NCBI GenBank assembly: GCA_965243025.1
Contig: CBDETY010000003.1
Span: 1,600,001-1,664,000 of the forward strand
Length of the DNA stretch: 64,000 bases
Source of the DNA: Candidatus Latescibacterota bacterium
GTDB lineage: Bacteria; Latescibacterota; UBA2968; UBA8231
Direction: 5' to 3'
The position numbers and the translations under genes are program-made. The notes under the pieces are model-generated. The model did no database searches and was not told where the DNA came from. It saw only the letters and a program-made list of their open reading frames with translations. Positions 40,553 through 52,206 of this stretch are shown here, piece by piece. Positions within the stretch are counted from its first letter, which is position 1. Each line of letters begins with the position of its first letter.

Positions 40553-41196
40553 TGCAGCTGGGCTCTGTCCTCGGCGGGAAGACCGTCAAAATCGGCATTC
40601 TGGCTGAACTGCAGGGTGCGCACGTACGCCGCGATCGCCCAGCGATCTTCTACGGAGATGCGGGAAGCGTAGCTGTACATCGCGCCGAAGCCGTTGCTCA
40701 TGACATCGAAGAAGTGGCCTACCGGAACCTCCCGGAGCCGGTCCTCGTGGTAGGAAGGGGGCTGTTTGAGCCCCCGCTTTACGATCATGCCGTTTCCCGT
40801 TCCGGTACGGTCGTGACAAGGGGAACAGAAGATGTCGTAACGCTCTCTGCCCCGTTCCAGCAGGTCCCGCGAAACCTGGACCGGAACGGTGGTGGCCGGT
40901 TCTCCGTTGACGGTGCCTCGGAAATAGTGGTCGTCCAGCCGCAGGTGCCCGCGGGCAACCGTGCCTTCGACCGGCTGGCGGGAGGAAAGACCGTCCTCGA
41001 AAAAGGGAGATGCCTCCAGCGGTTCGTAACGGGGCTGGTCGTACATCGCCTGCCGCAGCTCGCAACCCGATGAAGCCAGCACCACTGCCGATACGGCGGC
41101 AACGACTCCGACGGAAGGACGGCTCCGCATCGATGGCCGGCGACGGCGGGAGGCAGAGTGCCCGCCCGGGAACCCACGTCCTTCAAGGATCGACAT
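40549..41196 (-). CDS. actE: Alternative complex III monoheme cytochrome c lipoprotein ActE
   Basis: Lipobox ASSGC, MYDQP, CSPCH, DRWAIAAYVR. Start uncertain. Confidence 0.88.
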   Translation of the reverse strand: MSILEGRGFPGGHSASRRRRPSMRSRPSVGVVAAVSAVVLASSGCELRQAMYDQPRYEPLEASPFFEDGLSSRQPVEGTVARGHLRLDDHYFRGTVNGEPATTVPVQVSRDLLERGRERYDIFCSPCHDRTGTGNGMIVKRGLKQPPSYHEDRLREVPVGHFFDVMSNGFGAMYSYASRISVEDRWAIAAYVRTLQFSQNADFDGLPAEDRAQLQ

Positions 41197-41728
41197 CGGA
41201 GACATTCACCGGATCGAGTGACTGAAGGAAGGCGCGCGTCTCGTCGGCGTCGAACAGCGGGTCCGCCGACTCGATGCACAGGAAGAACCGGTCCTGGCTG
41301 GCGCGGGCGAACTCGGGAACGTTGAAGACCGGGTGATAGGGCATGGGCAGCCGGTTCGCGATCCACAGGCCCACGAAAGTTCCTATGCCGGCGAACAGGA
41401 TCGTCAGCTCGAAAGTGACGGGAATGAAGGAGGGCCCGCTGTGCAGCGGGCGTCCCCCGATGTTGATGGGATAGTCGATGGCGTGAACCCAGTATTGCAG
41501 ACCGTACCCGGAAATCGCCCCGATGAGACCGCACACGAAGGTCAGAACGGGCAGGTTGGTCCGGTGGAATCCGATGGCCGCCGCCAAACCGTGAACCGGG
41601 ACGGGTGAAAACGCGTCGATGCGGCGGAAACCCGCCGAGTGCGTCTTGCGGGCTGCCGAGAGAAGATCCTCGGGGGTTTCGAATTCGGCCATCAGGCCGT
41701 AAGTCGTCGGTTCGGTCGGGTGATTCAT
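41183..41728 (-). CDS. actD: Alternative complex III subunit ActD (DUF3341)
   Basis: YPINIGGRP, FIPVTFELTILF. Confidence 0.9.
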   Translation of the reverse strand: MNHPTEPTTYGLMAEFETPEDLLSAARKTHSAGFRRIDAFSPVPVHGLAAAIGFHRTNLPVLTFVCGLIGAISGYGLQYWVHAIDYPINIGGRPLHSGPSFIPVTFELTILFAGIGTFVGLWIANRLPMPYHPVFNVPEFARASQDRFFLCIESADPLFDADETRAFLQSLDPVNVSDVDP

Positions 41729-41734
41729 CGATGC

Positions 41735-43120
<1,386 letters not shown>

Positions 43121-43198
43121 GAAGCACCTTTTTCCTGGTCACGTGCTTTTCAGATTCCAGGCAGAATAACGGGCACCTCCGGACTTCCGAATCCGCAG

Positions 43199-46100
43199 TC
43201 ATGAGGCGCCAATTTCCGGATTCGGATTTGCGACGCGGGCGAGATAGGATGTTCGCGGCCGCGTGTTGAGATCGGTCAGGATGCCGTAGTTGAGGTCGGA
43301 GGCCTTCCAGCGGGACACCTCGCTGTCGGGGTCCTCGATGTTCCCGAAGCTGATCGCCTGGGTCGGGCAGGCCTGTTGACAGGCGGTCTGAATCCCCCCG
43401 TCGGCGATGGGATCCCCCGATTTCTTTGACTCGATACGGGCTGCGTTGATTCGCTGGGTGCAGTAGGTGCACTTCTCCATGACCCCGCGGTAGCGCACCG
43501 TAACGTCCGGATTCCGCTGCAGCTTGAGGCTTGGGGTATCGCGGTCGGAGTACTGCAGGAAATTGAAGCGGCGCACTTTGTAAGGACAGTTGTTCGAGCA
43601 GTACCGGGTGCCGACGCAGCGGTTGTAAATCATGTCGTTGAGCCCCTCTTCGCTGTGCGTGGTCGCGGTTACGGGGCAAACCAGCTCGCAGGGGGCGTTC
43701 TCACACTGCTGGCAGGGAACGGGCTGGTGGTAGATTTCCGGATCGTCGAGGTCGGTGAAATAGCGGTCGACCCGGATCCACGACATCTCGCGGCCGTTGA
43801 GAACCTCCTCCTTGCCGACAACCGGGATGTTGTTCTCGGACTGGCAGGCTACGGAACAGGCGTTGCATCCCATGCAGGCGTTGAGGTCGATTGCCATGCC
43901 CCACGAATAGCCTGTCGAGGACTTGAACTCCCCGGAGTTGTAGAGGGTGAGCTCCTCGGGGAACTCGTGGGCTTCTTCGTGGACGAAGTGGGGCCTTTTC
44001 TCGTAGTGCTCCAGGTCCGCGTGGCGGACCAGATGGCGGCCCTCCATGCTGTGGTGGTCCTGCGTGCAGGCAAGTGGGTGGCGGTCGAAGGTCTTTGACC
44101 ACTTCAGATCCGTCGTGCTCCACCTCCCGGCGCTGGATGTGAGCGGATAGGCATCGAAGCCGACATCGTCGCCGACACGGCCGGCGCGGGTGCGGCCGTA
44201 CCCGAGGTGAACGACAAGGGTTCGTTCGGCCTGGCCGGGAACGATCCAGACCGGAGCCCGGACCATGCGGCTCTCACGGCGCAACTCGAGAACCTGCTCG
44301 TTTTCCACACCCAGTTCCTCGGCCGTCGCCGGACTCACCAGAACCGCGTTGTCCCAGGTGAGCTGGGTGATCGGCCTGGGGGTCTCCTGCAGCCAGCCAT
44401 TGTTGGAGAAACGCCCTCCTCCCAGCAGCGAGTCGGGACGCACGGCAAGCTCGAGGCCCTCTTCATCCAGAACCGCGCCGGTGTCTCCCGGCAACTGCAA
44501 GGTGCGGCGAAGACTGGTTTTTTTTGCCGAAAGTGCTGTTCCCGCCACCAGTCCGTCGTGCAGTGAGGTTTGCCAGGACCGTTCGAAGCTGCCCGACTGT
44601 GACAGATGGTCCTCCCATGTCTGCCTGACGATGTCCAGGGCCGGTTTCCCGCTCTCACCGGAAAGTACCGCGAGCAGGTCATGCGGCGATTTTCCGTTGA
44701 ACAGCGGCTTTATCAGGGGCTGGATTATCGAAACCGTGCCATCGTAGGCGCGACAATCGCCCCAGGATTCCAGAAGGTGAGCCTGGGGAACATGCCAATG
44801 GCAGGCGCGGGAGGTCTCGTCAGCCACGAGGCTCAGCTGAGCTCGGAATTCGACGTTGGCGAGCGCCCCGGCGAAATCGAGGTCGGATGGGGCGTCGTAG
44901 ACCGGGTTCCCACCGACCATCAGCAGAAGATCTACCTCGCCGGCTTTCATGTCCGCAACGAGGGCACTCAGGGATTCAGTCTGGTCGACAGATTCCACTT
45001 CCACCGGATCGGTGTAGTGAACGGTCTCGCCGATGTTGCCCAGTGCCCGGTTGATGGCATGAGCCAGGGCATGCACCGAAGGGGATTGCTGTGGTCCGGC
45101 AACGACGATGCCGGCCCCCGCGTTTTTCTTCAGGTCCCGGACCAGGGCGGGAACCCAGTTGGCCGTGTCTTCGAAAACCGGGATGTCGGTTTCGAGATGG
45201 ACGCCCAGTTCCAGGGCTACCGCTGCGGCGAAACGCTCGATGGCGCCGCTATCTAGTGGTAAACGATGATCCGCCAGGCTGCCCGTCGGGGATGGGGTGG
45301 TCTCGACGGCATACAGGCGGTTCAATCCGTCTTTTGCGTCGCGGACCCTCCTGCCAGCCGCAAAATCCCGGGCGTAGCGAACTGCGCCCGGTCCCGAACT
45401 GCAGAAGTCGGCGTCGAGCGCCAGGACGACCTTTGCCTTGGCGAAATCGAACCAGGTATTGACTGGTTCTCCGTACGCGAGCACCGATCCGGCGCGAGCG
45501 GAATCGCGGTTTGCAGGTTCGTACTGGTGCCATTGCATCCCCGGCAACTGCTCGCGCAGGGACTGCAGCTGACGCCCGATGGTCGGGGAGGTAACAGTCT
45601 CCGTCAGAATCCTCAACCCCTTCCCGTCCCTGTGGCGCAGCAAGTCGACCTTCTGGGTAAGGCTCTGTACGAAATTGCCCCAGGTACTTATTCTGCCGGC
45701 GTTAGTTACAACCTGTGCCCGGTCCGGGTCGTAGAGCTCGAGAACAACCGCCTGAGTGACCGAATCGGTGGCGCCAAGACTTGCTGGATGGTCTGGATTT
45801 CCCTCGATTTTTGTGGGACGGCCCATGTGGCACTCGACAAGTATTCCGGTACCGACCCCCCCCTGGGTCGAGGCAGTCGCGAAAAACAGGGGCTTCCCGG
45901 GAATGACATTCTCCGGAGCACGCACCCAGGGAACGATCTTCTCCTCCGGCTGAATGGTGCAATTGGTCAGTCCTCCGAACGCAAGGGAAGCTCCCATCAC
46001 CTTGAGGAAGTTGCGGCGGCTAACAGGGTCGGGCCACTCCGAGGCGCGGTCCGGGAACTCACGGTTCAACATCTCCTGGAATTCCTCTGTGCAGGCCAAC

Positions 46101-46207
46101 TCTTCAAGGCTGCGCCAGTAATCCCGCCCCTCGGATTTCGACAGGGCGGTTCGGACTTCGCTGAGTTCCAGGCGTTTGCGACTTACGGCTACGGGCTGAT
46201 CAGTCAT
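43199..46207 (-). CDS. actB: Alternative complex III subunit ActB (molybdopterin-oxidoreductase-like domain fused to Fe-S domain)
   Basis: YWRSLEEL, Tat motif SRRNFLK, GRPTKIEGNP; Fe-S motifs CMGCNACSVAC, CQQCENAPC, CVGTRYCSNNCP, CTYC. Confidence 0.95.
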   Translation of the reverse strand: MTDQPVAVSRKRLELSEVRTALSKSEGRDYWRSLEELACTEEFQEMLNREFPDRASEWPDPVSRRNFLKVMGASLAFGGLTNCTIQPEEKIVPWVRAPENVIPGKPLFFATASTQGGVGTGILVECHMGRPTKIEGNPDHPASLGATDSVTQAVVLELYDPDRAQVVTNAGRISTWGNFVQSLTQKVDLLRHRDGKGLRILTETVTSPTIGRQLQSLREQLPGMQWHQYEPANRDSARAGSVLAYGEPVNTWFDFAKAKVVLALDADFCSSGPGAVRYARDFAAGRRVRDAKDGLNRLYAVETTPSPTGSLADHRLPLDSGAIERFAAAVALELGVHLETDIPVFEDTANWVPALVRDLKKNAGAGIVVAGPQQSPSVHALAHAINRALGNIGETVHYTDPVEVESVDQTESLSALVADMKAGEVDLLLMVGGNPVYDAPSDLDFAGALANVEFRAQLSLVADETSRACHWHVPQAHLLESWGDCRAYDGTVSIIQPLIKPLFNGKSPHDLLAVLSGESGKPALDIVRQTWEDHLSQSGSFERSWQTSLHDGLVAGTALSAKKTSLRRTLQLPGDTGAVLDEEGLELAVRPDSLLGGGRFSNNGWLQETPRPITQLTWDNAVLVSPATAEELGVENEQVLELRRESRMVRAPVWIVPGQAERTLVVHLGYGRTRAGRVGDDVGFDAYPLTSSAGRWSTTDLKWSKTFDRHPLACTQDHHSMEGRHLVRHADLEHYEKRPHFVHEEAHEFPEELTLYNSGEFKSSTGYSWGMAIDLNACMGCNACSVACQSENNIPVVGKEEVLNGREMSWIRVDRYFTDLDDPEIYHQPVPCQQCENAPCELVCPVTATTHSEEGLNDMIYNRCVGTRYCSNNCPYKVRRFNFLQYSDRDTPSLKLQRNPDVTVRYRGVMEKCTYCTQRINAARIESKKSGDPIADGGIQTACQQACPTQAISFGNIEDPDSEVSRWKASDLNYGILTDLNTRPRTSYLARVANPNPEIGAS

Positions 46208-46860
46208 AGGTGACACACCGAACAATCTCGCAATTGCGATGTTTGAATCCCGTACTCCGCAACCAACCTGCGCCCCAGAGTCTCCTGGTCGGAGGGAGGT
46301 ACGTACTCCATGTTGAAAACTTCCTCGCGCGGTCTGATAAACTGCTCAGGTGCCCTGTGGCACTCGAGGCACCATTCCATGTTCAAGGTGTTTTCCTTGT
46401 ACATGAGGGGCATCTGATCGACCTGACCGTGGCAGGTCTGACAGCCAATTCCCTTGTTCACGTGGATGTCGTGCTTGAAGTAGACGAAATCAGGCAGATC
46501 GTGAACCCGGGTCCAGCGCAACGCCACATCATCCCGGTAACTGGCGCGTACGGGCTCGAGAATCGGCGCCTCCGTCCATATCATCGAGTGGCAGGACATA
46601 CAGGTTTCGGTAGCAGGAATGCCCGCAAAGGCGGAGGTTTCCACCGTGGTGTGGCAATACCGGCAGTCGATGCCCATACCAGTCACATGGTGTTTGTGGC
46701 TGAAGGGAACCGGCTGATCCCTCGGCACTCCAACCTGGCTTACGTAATCTAACCGGTTGATATTTAAGAGGATAGAAAGAAGAACAGCTACGGTGAGCCC
46801 GCCGCCGACAATACTGACATTGGCGACCCAGTTCATACTTCTTCCGAAAACCTGCGGCAT
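46204..46860 (-). CDS. actA: Alternative complex III pentaheme cytochrome c ActA
   Basis: N-terminal TM, QPVPFSHKHH, five CxxCH motifs. Confidence 0.94.
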   Translation of the reverse strand: MPQVFGRSMNWVANVSIVGGGLTVAVLLSILLNINRLDYVSQVGVPRDQPVPFSHKHHVTGMGIDCRYCHTTVETSAFAGIPATETCMSCHSMIWTEAPILEPVRASYRDDVALRWTRVHDLPDFVYFKHDIHVNKGIGCQTCHGQVDQMPLMYKENTLNMEWCLECHRAPEQFIRPREEVFNMEYVPPSDQETLGRRLVAEYGIQTSQLRDCSVCHL

Positions 46861-46966
46861 ATTCGGTGCGGTCCGGTCTCCTCCGCAGTGGGCTAACCTG
46901 TGGCTGGGACTGCGTTTACAGGCTGTTTAGGGGGGAACGTTGACGCTTTCGAGTAAGGGAATCGTA

Positions 46967-46995
46967 AAGCTATGGCCGCTTTTTCAGGAAGTCAA
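46967..46995 (-). promoter_or_regulatory. Sigma-70 promoter of the act-cox operon
   Basis: TTGACT-17 nt-TAGCTT on the minus strand. Confidence 0.5.
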
Positions 46996-47096
46996 CCCGC
47001 TACGTAGAGTAAACCACCGGCCGGCCGCCACTGTCAGAACAGAGATGGCCCGTGGACCCGTATATGAGCTGCCTTGCCTTTGACCCTATATTCAAT

Positions 47097-47150
47097 AGTA
47101 GTGGAATCACCAAGAGTAGTGGAATCACCAAGAGTAGTGGAATCACCAAG
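47097..47150 (+). repeat. Perfect tandem repeat, 3 x 18 bp (AGTAGTGGAATCACCAAG)
   Basis: Units at 47097, 47115 and 47133. The last base is the first base of tRNA-Arg. Confidence 0.95.
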
Positions 47151-47223
47151 CCCCCGTAGCTCAGTAGGATAGAGCAACAGATTCCTAATCTGTGGGTCCC
47201 GTGTTCGAATCGCGGCGGGGGCA
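47150..47223 (+). tRNA. tRNA-Arg(CCT), CCA not encoded
   Basis: GCCCCCGTAGCTCAGTAGGATAGAGC...TTCCTAA...GTTCGAATC...CGGGGGCA followed by CCG. Confidence 0.93.
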
Positions 47224-47784
47224 CCGTTTTTCCGGGAAGGACGCGGCTTCGGAGTCTTGTCCGCGAGAGCGGCTACCTGCTTGTGCTCCAGCCCATTTCG
47301 CCCGGGTGAGGTAGAGCTCCTGGAAGCCCGGGGTCGGAGCATGAATCGGTCCCCCCTTTTGAACCACCCCGCAATCGAGGGATCAGGTGTCTTCAGGATC
47401 TCGGGGGAGGCTTCCCGTCGCCGTGAAAACCCGAGTTCAAACCGGCCGACGAACCCGGTCCACGGAAGGAATGCAACGGTCAACCGCTCCCTGACAGCCA
47501 CAGCCTCCATCGTCTCCTGCGCGAGTCTTCTGGTTCACCGCAGCACGGCGCCAGAGTTCGGGTGCGCCGGTGATGGACGCCCTCGACGTTCAGGGGTTTG
47601 GGGACCCGGGAAAACCGGGCGCATTCCAGAACTTGGAGTTCTGCACTTTTCAACAACCGCCCCTCCGGCTTCCGGTTGAACGTCCTCCAGCTGCAAGAGG
47701 CATTCGTTCGAGGCGACGAAGAAGGTTGGGATGTCGGTTCATCCAAAATCACGCATCCCCGCTGACGCCATCTGATCCGTATCG

Positions 47785-49218
47785 ATGCTGACCCTTTACG
47801 ATACCGCCACGCGACGAAAGGTTCCCTTCGAACCGATAGATCCGGCTCGGGTCCGCATCTACAGCTGCGGTCCCACCATCTACGATTTCGCGCACATCGG
47901 CAATTTCAGATCGTTTGTCTTTGCCGACGTCCTCAAGCGCTATCTGAAATACCGGGGATTCAAGGTCACCCACGTGATGAACCTCACCGATGTCGATGAT
48001 CGAATTGCCGAGCACGTGCAGCGGGAAGGGGTTCCCCTGCGGGAGTTCACGGACCGCTTTGCGGAGGGGTTTTTCTCTGACCTGAAAACGCTGAACGTGG
48101 AGCCGGCCGACCACTATCCACGGGCGACCGACCACATCGTCGAGATGCTGGATTTGATCCAAACCTTGCTCGACAGAGGCTTGGCCTACCGCCGTGACGG
48201 CTCGGTCTATTTCTCGATCTCCAAGTTTCCCGGTTATGGGGAATTCGCCCGGATCGACACCGAGGGAATGCAGGATGGCGCCCGTGTCGACAGCGACGAC
48301 TACGACAAGGAGAACGCGAGGGACTTCGTCCTGTGGAAGGGCTGGACGACAAAGGATGGCGACGTCGCGTGGAACTCCCCCTTCGGCCGGGGCCGACCCG
48401 GTTGGCATCTCGAATGCTCGGCGATGTCCAGAAAGTACCTCGGGGAGGAGTTCGACATTCATACCGGAGGGGTAGATCTGGTTTTTCCCCATCACCAGAA
48501 CGAAATCGCCCAGAGTGAAGGGGCTTCGGGCAAACCCTTCGTAAGGCTTTGGATGCACAACGAGTTCCTCAATATCAACGGCGCGAAAATCTCCAAGAGC
48601 CTGGGAAATCACATTCGTTTGCAAGACATCGGTTCAGCGGCGGAGATAAGGGCTTTCAGGTACCTTCTGGCAACCTCGCATTACCGGACCCTGCTGAACT
48701 TCTCTGACGCTGCCGTCAGGTCCAGTATGTCAGCCCTGCAGCGGCTCGCGAAGGTGCGGGGGCGCGTCCTGGAAATCGCTGCCTCTGGCCGAGGGTCCGC
48801 CGACAGCCTCTGGCAGGGTCGGATCGCCGCAGCGCGGGAGGGGTTTGAGGAGGGAATGGACGACGATTTGAACTCGCCGAGAGCTATCGCGGCGGTGTTC
48901 GGCCTGATTCACCATGCAGAGCGGCATTTGAACAACGGCGACTTGAAGCCTGAGAACGCCGGAGCGGTGGTCTCGTTTCTCGACGAAATCAACCGCGTCC
49001 TCGGTATCTTTTTCGAAATTTCCGGGGAAGGTGACGAGAACCGGGCTGATCTACCCCCTGAGCTGGAAGCCATGTTTCGGCGCCGTCTCCAAGCTCGCGA
49101 AGCCCGGGATTGGAACCTTGCAGATCAGCTCAGAGACGAACTCGGCGCTGCAGGAGTCGAGGTCAGGGACAGCCGCGAGGGCTCGACCTGGGAATGGAAG
49201 GGATCCCCGAAAGGTTAG
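47785..49218 (+). CDS. cysS: Cysteine--tRNA ligase
   Basis: CGPTIYDFAHIGN, GRPGWHLECSAM, FPHHQNEIAQ, KISKS. Confidence 0.97.
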   Translation: MLTLYDTATRRKVPFEPIDPARVRIYSCGPTIYDFAHIGNFRSFVFADVLKRYLKYRGFKVTHVMNLTDVDDRIAEHVQREGVPLREFTDRFAEGFFSDLKTLNVEPADHYPRATDHIVEMLDLIQTLLDRGLAYRRDGSVYFSISKFPGYGEFARIDTEGMQDGARVDSDDYDKENARDFVLWKGWTTKDGDVAWNSPFGRGRPGWHLECSAMSRKYLGEEFDIHTGGVDLVFPHHQNEIAQSEGASGKPFVRLWMHNEFLNINGAKISKSLGNHIRLQDIGSAAEIRAFRYLLATSHYRTLLNFSDAAVRSSMSALQRLAKVRGRVLEIAASGRGSADSLWQGRIAAAREGFEEGMDDDLNSPRAIAAVFGLIHHAERHLNNGDLKPENAGAVVSFLDEINRVLGIFFEISGEGDENRADLPPELEAMFRRRLQAREARDWNLADQLRDELGAAGVEVRDSREGSTWEWKGSPKG

Positions 49219-49313
49219 ATTGCGGTCAGGGGGCCGCACCGGTCCCCGCTCGGGCCCGAGGTGAAGCCCCGAATGCCGGGCCATAGCGGTCGAACCACGA
49301 AGAAGGGAGCACG

Positions 49314-50855
49314 GTGAAAAAAGCGGCGACAGCCAGCGACAGGAATCCGAAGGATACGCCGCCATCGGCGCCGCGGGATACCGGAGCTGTAGGTATTCGC
49401 GACCGGATCGAACGATTCCGGTCCGCCCTCGAAAACCTGTCGCCATTCACCACTGTGCTCAGCCCCGAGGTTCGCCGGCTCCTTCAAGGGTTTGCCGCTG
49501 CACTCCCGGAAAACCCCCGGACCGATCAATGGAACAGCCAGGGGTCCTCAAACAGCCGGCTCAGGTATCTCGAGCTTGTCGGACAGCTGGTGAGTGAGTC
49601 GACTTCCCTCGCTTCACACCCGGAAAGTTCGCTGCTGTACGAGTACATAATCAACCGCATCCCGGCAGCCGACCACCCCTGCCTTCGCGTATGTGACAGC
49701 GGGAAAACCCCGACTTCGGAGATCAAGGCTTTGCTCGAGTCGGATCTCCACTGTCTCCAGCAAGTGGCGCAAACCCCTGTTTCCGAATTCGCCGCATCAC
49801 CGCAGAGTCTTCCTCCCCAACCCGACAGAGCGGATTCTTCTTCGCGTGTGGCGACCCCTTCGGTGAACAATGGTTCGCCAAGGCTCCGGTGGGACCTGTC
49901 CGGGGACCTGACCAGACTCCGAGCCAGGTTTTTCGAGGCAGCCGATTGGAGGACTCTGGCCGAACCCCTGATGGAGTTCGTCCGGACCCACGGGGCCGGT
50001 ATCTTCCAGGGTACCCCCGCTTTTTCACTTCGGGAAAGCGGGAATCGTCTGGAGCTTGAGCCTGTTGCGGACTTCGACAGTTTCAGCCTCGATTGGTGGC
50101 AGGGAACTGATTCAACGATCGAACCCATCGTGGCCAATACCGAACACCTGCTATGCGGGCTTCCCGCCCAAAATGTCCTTATCTGGGGACCTCGTGGATG
50201 CGGTAAATCATCATTGATCCGCGGTCTCATCACCAGGTATTTCTCCCGCGGATTGCGCGGAATCCAAATCCCCCCCCACCTGTATGGGCGTCTGAGGGAA
50301 GTTTTCAACCTCGTCAAAGGTCGGCCAGAGCGATTCGTAGGGGTACTCGACAACATCTCTCTGGACCCCCGATCGGCCGGCTTCAGGGAGTTGGCCAGCG
50401 TCCTGGATGGTGGCCTCGAAAGGCCACCGGAAAACCTGGTATTCTACGCGACCTCGAATTTCAAGGATCTGGTCGACCGCGAAGGGGACAGACCGGCAGG
50501 GCCTCCCAGGCAACAGATCGATCGCCCTTCTCCACCCGGCGACGGAACCACTGCCAATTCCCCTCGTCCCGAATTCTACGACCCCCAACAACAGCAACGA
50601 CTCGATGAGCGCAGGGCGATGGACGACCGCTTCGCGCTCAAGGTATTCCTGGATCTGCCGGGAAAAAGCGAATACGATCAGCTAGTACTGGCGTATGCGG
50701 AGCGGGCCGGTATCGCCGCAAAGTCCGACGAGGTACTTGCGGCCTTCAACGTCTGGCGGATGCGCCACAACCACGATCTCGTGGGGGGACGTACCGCCCG
50801 CGACTTCGTCCAGTGGTTGTACGCCCGGGAACAATCGGAAACCAGGACTGCCTGA
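49314..50855 (+). CDS. DUF815-type AAA+ ATPase with long N-terminal extension
   Basis: NVLIWGPRGCGKSS, LDGGLE..PEN..FYATSN, DRF, GRTARDF. Confidence 0.82.
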   Translation: MKKAATASDRNPKDTPPSAPRDTGAVGIRDRIERFRSALENLSPFTTVLSPEVRRLLQGFAAALPENPRTDQWNSQGSSNSRLRYLELVGQLVSESTSLASHPESSLLYEYIINRIPAADHPCLRVCDSGKTPTSEIKALLESDLHCLQQVAQTPVSEFAASPQSLPPQPDRADSSSRVATPSVNNGSPRLRWDLSGDLTRLRARFFEAADWRTLAEPLMEFVRTHGAGIFQGTPAFSLRESGNRLELEPVADFDSFSLDWWQGTDSTIEPIVANTEHLLCGLPAQNVLIWGPRGCGKSSLIRGLITRYFSRGLRGIQIPPHLYGRLREVFNLVKGRPERFVGVLDNISLDPRSAGFRELASVLDGGLERPPENLVFYATSNFKDLVDREGDRPAGPPRQQIDRPSPPGDGTTANSPRPEFYDPQQQQRLDERRAMDDRFALKVFLDLPGKSEYDQLVLAYAERAGIAAKSDEVLAAFNVWRMRHNHDLVGGRTARDFVQWLYAREQSETRTA

Positions 50856-51025
50856 CACCCGCCTCGGCCAGGGGACCGGGAAGCGGCGCTGTTCCCGGAT
50901 TCAGAAAGGACCGTTAGTGGAGGGAAAGAAGGGAAGAACCCCCTCGGAGGATCTCACGGAGGTTGGAAAATCCACTACCTGGATCGCCCGTGCCCTGCTG
51001 CATGCCGCCGCTGGGACGCGCGACA

Positions 51026-51406
51026 CTAGGTCACTTCGAGAAGCTCGACTTCGTAGCCGTCGGGATCGTCGATAAAGGCCATTTTCCCACCCGAGCTGAA
51101 TTTCTCGCGCCAGCCGTCAGGCCAGATCTCGATTCCCGCTTCTTCGAGCCTGGCGCACGACTCAATCAGGTTCGGAACCCCTATCGCAATATGCATCAGG
51201 TCATCGGGAACATTCAGTTCGTAATCTTCTGACCAGGTCAGCTCGAGAGTGTGTTCGTTGCCCGGCAGCTCCAGGTGGGCGATCTGATTGCCTGCCGGGG
51301 ACCTGTCGGACCGCCTTGCCACCCGGAATCCCAGGTGAGTACAGTACCAGTCGATTGAGCGATCCAGGTCGCTCACCCGGATTCTCGTATGCAGGAAGCG
51401 AGACAT
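51026..51406 (-). CDS. VOC family protein (lactoylglutathione lyase-like)
   Basis: LHTRIRVSDLDRS, LELT, HIAIGV, DPDGYEVEL. Confidence 0.9.
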   Translation of the reverse strand: MSRFLHTRIRVSDLDRSIDWYCTHLGFRVARRSDRSPAGNQIAHLELPGNEHTLELTWSEDYELNVPDDLMHIAIGVPNLIESCARLEEAGIEIWPDGWREKFSSGGKMAFIDDPDGYEVELLEVT

Positions 51407-51535
51407 GATCACCGTCCTCAATTATGTTCTCAATGTCCTGAAGAGCCCCGATCTTTCAATCGGTCTCCTGAATCCCAGTACCGTTAACCGACTCACGGCC
51501 AGTCAGGTACGAAAGTGGCAAGAGGGAGAAAATGG

Positions 51536-51623
51536 TGGTGCCGAAGGAGGGACTCGAACCCACACGGGGATAAACCCCACTGCGCCCTGAACGCAGCGCG
51601 TCTACCAATTTCGCCACTTCGGC
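51536..51623 (-). tRNA. tRNA-Leu(CAG)
   Basis: GCCGAAGTGGCGAAATTGGTAGACGC...TTCAGGG...GGTTCGAGTCC...GGCACCA. Confidence 0.97.
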
Positions 51624-51708
51624 TCGCAATGATTGGCGGGAACAAAGCTAGGTGACCCCCCAGGCAGGGTCAACCCTGGAAAACACCGACTGTTCACCAA
51701 AAACGGCC

Positions 51709-52206
51709 ATGCCCGCATCGAAGAAGACCGACGACGGAAAGGCGGAAAGCGGCACGAAGTTGATCGCCCAGAACCGCAAGGTAAGGCATGACTTCGAGGT
51801 TCTTTCGACAGTGGAGGCGGGCATCGAATTGCGGGGCACCGAAGTCAAATCGTTACGCGACGGTAAGGTCAATCTCAAGGACAGCTACGCTCGGGTGGAC
51901 CGGGGAGAACTGTTCCTGCTCAATCTCCACATTGGAGTCTACGAGGCCGCCAACCAATTCAATCACGACCCGAACCGCCCGCGGAAGCTTCTTCTTCACA
52001 GGCGGGAGATCAGGCGCCTTGTCGGCCAGACAGACCAGCGCGGTTTGACTCTGGTTCCCACGAGGTTGTATTTCAAACGCGGCAGAGCCAAGATCGAGCT
52101 CGCACTCGCTCGGGGTAAACGCCTCCACGACCGGCGCCGCGACATTGCCGACCGCGATGCGCGGCGATCCGTGGACCGTGCCCTCGCCGAGGCCCGGAAA
52201 AGTTGA
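51709..52206 (+). CDS. smpB: SsrA-binding protein
   Basis: NRKVRHDF, EAGIELRGTEVKSLR, RKLLLHRREI, GKRLHDRR. Confidence 0.96.
   Translation: MPASKKTDDGKAESGTKLIAQNRKVRHDFEVLSTVEAGIELRGTEVKSLRDGKVNLKDSYARVDRGELFLLNLHIGVYEAANQFNHDPNRPRKLLLHRREIRRLVGQTDQRGLTLVPTRLYFKRGRAKIELALARGKRLHDRRRDIADRDARRSVDRALAEARKS

Noticed and set aside
47097-47150. Possible CRISPR mini-array
   Set aside because: Units are contiguous with no spacers, only 18 bp long, and no cas genes are present.
47224-47780. ORF 47034-47510 (-) as a real gene or sulfatase remnant
   Set aside because: It runs antisense through the tRNA and the repeat, and the motif similarity is too weak.
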